This document shows positions 59,134 to 64,000 of a stretch of 64,000 nt of DNA, piece after piece. This DNA comes from an uncultured Nitrospiraceae bacterium (GTDB lineage: Bacteria; Nitrospirota; Thermodesulfovibrionia; Thermodesulfovibrionales; SM23-35). Position numbers and translations under genes: made by a program. A model generated the notes under the pieces. That model saw only the letters and a list, made by a program, of their open reading frames with translations, made no database searches and had not been told where the DNA came from. The stretch spans positions 1,216,001 through 1,280,000 of the forward strand of contig CAVSHB010000001.1 in NCBI GenBank assembly GCA_963727775.1. The letters run 5' to 3'. Every line of letters starts with the position of its first letter. Positions within the stretch are counted from its first letter, which is position 1.

Positions 59134-60513
59134 TTAGCAGGATTCTTTTTGCCTGTATCTTTCGCATATCAAATATAAGCCATACCCTGAGAAGACCGAA
59201 ATCATCGGCATAATGGGAAGCCGGAACCTGTGATATCCCACCGGCCCTCCCGACAGCAAGAGGCTGTAACCTATTATGCAAAGGATCAATACCGTCAGAA
59301 AAGAATAGGAAAAATCCTTATCACACAATGAGATCGCAGCGCATAAAAGCGACACAACCAGAAATATTCCAAATATCACAATGGCGCCCATAAAAACGAA
59401 AGATTTTGTGTTGATTATGTTTTGTATTACCTTAATAAACCCTTTGTCCAGTAGCTCGCTGAGGAGCGCACCGGACCTGGGATAAAGTTTAAGAAATATC
59501 AGGTACTCCGTAGAACCCGGGTCTATTAAAGTCCTGACTATCCCTTTGACATACGTTATCGTATAATCGAGGGGATGCGCCATAATTATTCTGACACCCT
59601 CTCTTCTCATATATTCATATATTTTTTTTTGATCCCAATCCCGTTGCTCGGGGTGATTCTGAAGGTATATGTTTTTGTCAGTGCAGCCCATTGTTTGTCG
59701 CATCTCGTTGACGGGCATGCTGGCCTCAGCCGCAAGGAGTGAGGCACTCTGATAACAATACAGACTCACGTCTGAGATGCTGGAGAAGCCCGAATATCCT
59801 GTCGTCGCAAAATTCCTCACCTGCCATATGCCCAGCAACACGACCGAAGAAAAAAGAAACAAAAGGGCATGTGCCAAAAACCTTGTCCTGAATCCCCTTC
59901 GGGTAAGCGCCCATATGATTAAGATTAGAGTTGTAAAAAATGGGAGGAAATAATTTATCGGCTTCACATATACAGTTGCAGACAGCACAGCCGAAGCAAA
60001 AATTATTTTCCTCGGTTGCGCATGTTCCAAATACCTGGCCATAAAGAATAGGAACAGCGTATTAAGAAAGGTAAATAATGTCTCGGACAGAAGTTTGGAA
60101 GCGTAAATTATGGAAACAGGTTCAATCGCACAAAGAAAAGCACTCAACAATGCAGCTTTAATATTATTGAAAAGGAGCAGCGATATTCTGAAAACAAGAT
60201 ATGTTGTCAAACAAGCCAGTACTATCTGTATTGCAATAGTCACGAGTTCTACGTTGCCGAGGAATATTCCGGGGATTAGGAGGACCGGATATCCCGGTGT
60301 CCTGAAAAGCCCAGGGGCTCCATTGGCGTAGAACCGTCCATGAGACAGCAGTTCCTGAGCAGGTCTTATGTATGAAAAGGTATCGGGACTATAAAACAAA
60401 GTATAATCCCTTGTCGTGAGAACAACAAAAAGCGGGACCAGCATTCTTATGCCCAAAGCTATGAACAGGATATACGAAAAGGAGGCAGTTCCAGTGTTGT
60501 ACCTTTTATTCAT
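59134..60513 (-). CDS. GT-C fold membrane glycosyltransferase (ArnT/PMT-like)
   Basis: PDTFSY, FRTPGYP, LLSETLF and RFRLP; multiple TM helices. Confidence 0.8.
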   Translation of the reverse strand: MNKRYNTGTASFSYILFIALGIRMLVPLFVVLTTRDYTLFYSPDTFSYIRPAQELLSHGRFYANGAPGLFRTPGYPVLLIPGIFLGNVELVTIAIQIVLACLTTYLVFRISLLLFNNIKAALLSAFLCAIEPVSIIYASKLLSETLFTFLNTLFLFFMARYLEHAQPRKIIFASAVLSATVYVKPINYFLPFFTTLILIIWALTRRGFRTRFLAHALLFLFSSVVLLGIWQVRNFATTGYSGFSSISDVSLYCYQSASLLAAEASMPVNEMRQTMGCTDKNIYLQNHPEQRDWDQKKIYEYMRREGVRIIMAHPLDYTITYVKGIVRTLIDPGSTEYLIFLKLYPRSGALLSELLDKGFIKVIQNIINTKSFVFMGAIVIFGIFLVVSLLCAAISLCDKDFSYSFLTVLILCIIGYSLLLSGGPVGYHRFRLPIMPMISVFSGYGLYLICERYRQKESC

Positions 60514-60700
60514 GTATCCGATAAATGCGTTCTCTGAAGGTGTTTTTGCGCATTCTTTGTGATATCAAGTATAATTTATCCGCTGATGGATGTTCAACGA
60601 TGACCTTTGAAAAGTATACTATACATGAACAAATGCAGACCAATGTCCCTTAAGAAAACAAAGAGGAATCCGCTTTTTATAAAAAGGGAGGTATTTTCTT

Positions 60701-61417
60701 TTGAGTAACAGGGATCAAGAGATGGGAGCCGGCGTGAAATTGTCGGTCGTAGTTCCTGTTTATAATGAAAGAGATACTATCCTGGCTGTGTATGAAAAAA
60801 TAACGGCCGTTGATCTGGACAAAGAGATTTTGCTGATCGATGATTGTTCGACCGATGGAACCGGGGATATTATCAAAGGATTAGAGGATGAAAATACAAA
60901 AGTTTTTTTCCATGAGAAAAATATGGGGAAAGGCGCGGCGCTCAGGACGGGATTCAAGAATGCAACAGGCGATATACTTGTGATACAGGACGCTGATCTG
61001 GAATATGACCCCGGCGAGTACCCAAAGTTGATTAAGCCCATCCTTGAGGGTAAAGCTGATGTGGTCTATGGGTCGCGTTTTGCTAGTGGAGAATGCCACA
61101 GGGTCCTATTCTTCTGGCATATGGCAGGGAACAAGTTTCTGACCCTTCTTTCAAACCTCTTGACGAACCTGAACTTGACCGATATGGAAACCTGCTACAA
61201 AGTACTTAAACGGCAAATCTTCGAACAAATAAGGATTGAAGAAAATCGCTTCGGCTTCGAGCCCGAAGTTACCGCGAAATTATCTAAGATGGGAGCAAGA
61301 ATCTATGAGGTCGGGATATCGTATTCTGGAAGAACTTATGAAGAGGGGAAAAAAATCAGATGGAAAGACGGATTCTCGGCGATACGCTGTATACTAAAAT
61401 ACAATCTGTTTCGGTAA
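60701..61417 (+). CDS. GT2 polyprenol-phosphate glycosyltransferase (DPM1-like)
   Basis: [40 protein letters not shown] and RFGFEPEVT. Confidence 0.9.
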   Translation: MSNRDQEMGAGVKLSVVVPVYNERDTILAVYEKITAVDLDKEILLIDDCSTDGTGDIIKGLEDENTKVFFHEKNMGKGAALRTGFKNATGDILVIQDADLEYDPGEYPKLIKPILEGKADVVYGSRFASGECHRVLFFWHMAGNKFLTLLSNLLTNLNLTDMETCYKVLKRQIFEQIRIEENRFGFEPEVTAKLSKMGARIYEVGISYSGRTYEEGKKIRWKDGFSAIRCILKYNLFR

Positions 61418-61454
61418 ACTTGATAATTGCGTAATAACGAGGCAAGGCTGTTGC

Positions 61455-63596
61455 TTGGAAGGAGGCGGCGATTTGAGCGGCAAGGACGGCAGAATCATTT
61501 CAGCGCCCGATAAGTTGTCGGGTCTTTCTGAGCTTGCTTCCAATCTCTGGTGGAGCTGGCACCCGGCGGCAAGGATGCTTTTTAAAATGCTGGACAGGGT
61601 TGCATGGAAGGAGAGCGGCCATAATCCTGTGCAGATGCTCAGAGATTTACCGGAAGATATTTTAAAACCTTTTGAGAATGATAATGACTATTTGCAGCAT
61701 TACAGGGAAGTCATTAAGAAGTTTCGTGAGGACATTCAAAAAAAGGTATGCTGGTTCTCTGAAAATATCGCCGACCCGGGTTGCCTGCCGCTGGCCTATT
61801 TTTCTGCCGAATACGGTCTTCATCACTCCCTGCCGTTCTACGCGGGCGGCTTAGGTTTCTTAGCAGGTGATTATCTCAAGGAGTGCAGTGATTTAGGCCT
61901 GCCGATGGTGGCCGTTGGTTTTATGTATCCTGAAGGGTACTTGCTCCAGAAGATCGGAATGGACGGCTGGCAGGAAGATATTGACGAGGTTCTTAACAGG
62001 GACGTTTCTCCTATAGAAAGGGTGATGAATGAAAAGGGTGAACAGCTTATCGTCAGGGTGCCTTTCATGGAACCGCCGATATATATAGCCGTTTGGAAGG
62101 TAGATGTCGGACGTATCCCTTTGTATCTAATGGATACGGACATCGACATGAACGATCCCTGGAACAGGAAAATAAGCGCCCATCTGTACATCGGGAATAT
62201 TGAACAGCGTTTGTGTCAGGAGATGGTGCTCGGCATAGGAGGGAACGCGATGCTGAACACACTCGGCATAAAGCATTCCGTGTTGCACCTGAACGAAGGA
62301 CATTCCGCCTTTGCGTTACTGGAGCGCATAAGAGAAAGGATAGAGGACGGGATGAGTTTTGAAACCGCGGTAGAACAAGTGCGTTCCACAACGGTTTTCA
62401 CTACCCATACACCCATACCGGCGGGCCACGACGTCTTTCCGTTTCACCTTATGGACAAGTATTTCAGCCACTGTTATCCTTTCCTTGGTATCTCACGTGA
62501 AACCTTTCTCCAGATGGGGATCCATCCGAATGAGCCTGCAGCCGGTTTCAATATGACCGCTTTTTCTCTGAGGCTGTCCAGATATAATAACGGCGTCAGC
62601 AAAAAGCACGGCGAGGTGGCGCGGCGTATGTGGCAGCCGCTCTGGCCGGACAAAAAAGAAGAGGAAGTCCCGATTGATTTTATAACAAATGGAATCCATG
62701 TCCCAACATGGACGGAACCGAAGATCGACCTTCTTTTTGATAAGTACCTCGGGCAAAACTGGCTTGAAGATCACGATAATCCCGATATGTGGAAGATGGT
62801 CGACGGCATACCTGAAGCTGAGTTATGGCAGACCCATTACTGGCTCAAGATAAAACTCCTTAACTTCATCCGCGAACAGGCGCGGCATCGATGGATCGAA
62901 AACAAAGTCAATCCGATAAATATCCTGACCGGGGGCACATTGCTCGAAACAACAGCACTGACTATCGGTTTCGCGCGCCGGTTTACATCTTATAAAAGAG
63001 CGGACCTTGTTTTTAAAAACCTCGACAGGCTGAAACGGATCCTGAATAATCGCTGGAGGCCTCTGCAGATTATCTTTGCAGGTAAAGCCCATCCGGCAGA
63101 CGATGAAGGTAAAAGAATATTGCAGAGTATATTCAAATTTGCGCAGGACCCCGAACTGGGAGGACGTATCGCCTTTGTCGAAAACTATGATGAACAACTG
63201 GCGCAATATATGGTGCACGGGGTTGATCTGTGGCTTAATAACCCTGTCCCGCCTTTAGAGGCGTGCGGGACCAGCGGTATGAAGGCGGCCCTGAACGGGG
63301 TCCCTCACCTGAGTATTCTCGATGGCTGGTGGATAGAGGGTTTCAGCGGCAAAAACGGATGGGCTTTTGAGGGGAAAGGTGACGACAGGGACGCTGAAGC
63401 TATTTATGATATATTGGAGACGGAGGTTGTTCCTCTCTTCTATAAGGTGGATGAATTCGGTATTCCCAACGATTGGGTCAAGGTGATGAAAGAGTCTATA
63501 AAGAGTGTAGGCGCAGCCTTCAGCGCCCGGAGGATGGTAAAGGAATACGCGATAAAATTTTATCAGAATGCATTGAAAGCGGCATATATAAAGTGA
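61455..63596 (+). CDS. glgP: alpha-glucan (glycogen) phosphorylase
   Basis: LASNLWWSW, AYFSAEYG...GGLGFLAGD, HLNEGH, GFARRF and EACGTSGMK; start may be TTG 61473. Confidence 0.96.
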   Translation: MEGGGDLSGKDGRIISAPDKLSGLSELASNLWWSWHPAARMLFKMLDRVAWKESGHNPVQMLRDLPEDILKPFENDNDYLQHYREVIKKFREDIQKKVCWFSENIADPGCLPLAYFSAEYGLHHSLPFYAGGLGFLAGDYLKECSDLGLPMVAVGFMYPEGYLLQKIGMDGWQEDIDEVLNRDVSPIERVMNEKGEQLIVRVPFMEPPIYIAVWKVDVGRIPLYLMDTDIDMNDPWNRKISAHLYIGNIEQRLCQEMVLGIGGNAMLNTLGIKHSVLHLNEGHSAFALLERIRERIEDGMSFETAVEQVRSTTVFTTHTPIPAGHDVFPFHLMDKYFSHCYPFLGISRETFLQMGIHPNEPAAGFNMTAFSLRLSRYNNGVSKKHGEVARRMWQPLWPDKKEEEVPIDFITNGIHVPTWTEPKIDLLFDKYLGQNWLEDHDNPDMWKMVDGIPEAELWQTHYWLKIKLLNFIREQARHRWIENKVNPINILTGGTLLETTALTIGFARRFTSYKRADLVFKNLDRLKRILNNRWRPLQIIFAGKAHPADDEGKRILQSIFKFAQDPELGGRIAFVENYDEQLAQYMVHGVDLWLNNPVPPLEACGTSGMKAALNGVPHLSILDGWWIEGFSGKNGWAFEGKGDDRDAEAIYDILETEVVPLFYKVDEFGIPNDWVKVMKESIKSVGAAFSARRMVKEYAIKFYQNALKAAYIK

Positions 63597-63614
63597 AATG
63601 AAAAAGGAGGCAGT

Positions 63615-64000
63615 ATGATTTCAAAAATTCTTGTTACGACAGACGGCTCAAAGCAGGCGCGTAAATCTATTGAATATGCAGCCCGGTTTGCAAAGCAGAC
63701 AGGCGCGACTGTGACCTTACTAAGCGTGATAGATAAAAGTTCTTTTGTACCGCTGTCGATACCGGTTACCGCATCTGCAAAGCTGACCGAGCCTATTGAA
63801 AATTATCTGAAGCGCGCCGCTGAATCTTATATCGAAGAAGCCGAAGAGTTATGCAGGACCAATGAAGTCCCGGTGAGAAAAGTTATCAGGTCGGGACATC
63901 CTGTGGAAGAAATCATCAAAGAAGCTGAAAAATCAAAGGTCGACCTCGTTATTATAGGCTCGCGGGGCAAAAGCGCTTTGAAAGCGGCGGTGCTCGGCAG
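63615..64000 (+). CDS. universal stress protein (partial; runs off the window)
   Basis: RBS AAAGGAGG; MISKILVTTDGSKQA ... GHPVEEIIKEAEKSKVDLVIIGSRGKSALKAAVLGS. Confidence 0.9.
   Translation, partial: MISKILVTTDGSKQARKSIEYAARFAKQTGATVTLLSVIDKSSFVPLSIPVTASAKLTEPIENYLKRAAESYIEEAEELCRTNEVPVRKVIRSGHPVEEIIKEAEKSKVDLVIIGSRGKSALKAAVLG

Noticed and set aside
697..63258. Many short ORFs overlapping or antisense to the genes called above
   Set aside because: Fully explained as shadow frames of well-supported CDSs
1..64000. CRISPR array, rRNA or tRNA genes
   Set aside because: No regularly spaced repeat-spacer series, rRNA-like stretch or cloverleaf seen by eye; the CCGGAAT repeats at 48.2 kb are contiguous with no spacers

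Overview
A 64-kb bacterial chromosomal window of moderate GC. Gene content and protein style suggest an anaerobic Nitrospirota (Thermodesulfovibrionia-like) or Desulfobacterota-like organism; this is inferred, not tested. Core content: the end of a haem-copper cytochrome c oxidase operon with a c6-like cytochrome, an M16 peptidase pair, a tkt-ftsEX-envC-ctpA operon, trpBA-accD-folC-lptD, argS, ilvE, an atypical gap, queE, glycosyltransferases, glgP and a partial usp. There are two accessory patches. The first (10.7-16 kb) holds a palindromic element, alkD, a frameshifted IS200 tnpA nested inside a TIR-bounded MITE, and two BrnT/BrnA-like toxin-antitoxin integron cassettes with no integrase, whose shared attC is interrupted by a 159-bp MITE. 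The second (39.7-48.3 kb) holds two hybrid sensor kinases, one broken by IS1380 plus a frameshift, and IS21-like end remnants. The most notable observation is two paralogous ~1400-aa PPDK-like proteins (6360-10748 and 53468-57631). They keep the ATP-grasp and phosphohistidine domains but lack the pyruvate-binding barrel, and share a large N-terminal region with a motif resembling the central domain of plant glucan/phosphoglucan water dikinases. One lies directly upstream of an atypical GAPDH and about 4 kb from glycogen phosphorylase, so this may be a bacterial glucan-phosphorylating dikinase system. No rRNA, tRNA or CRISPR array was seen.
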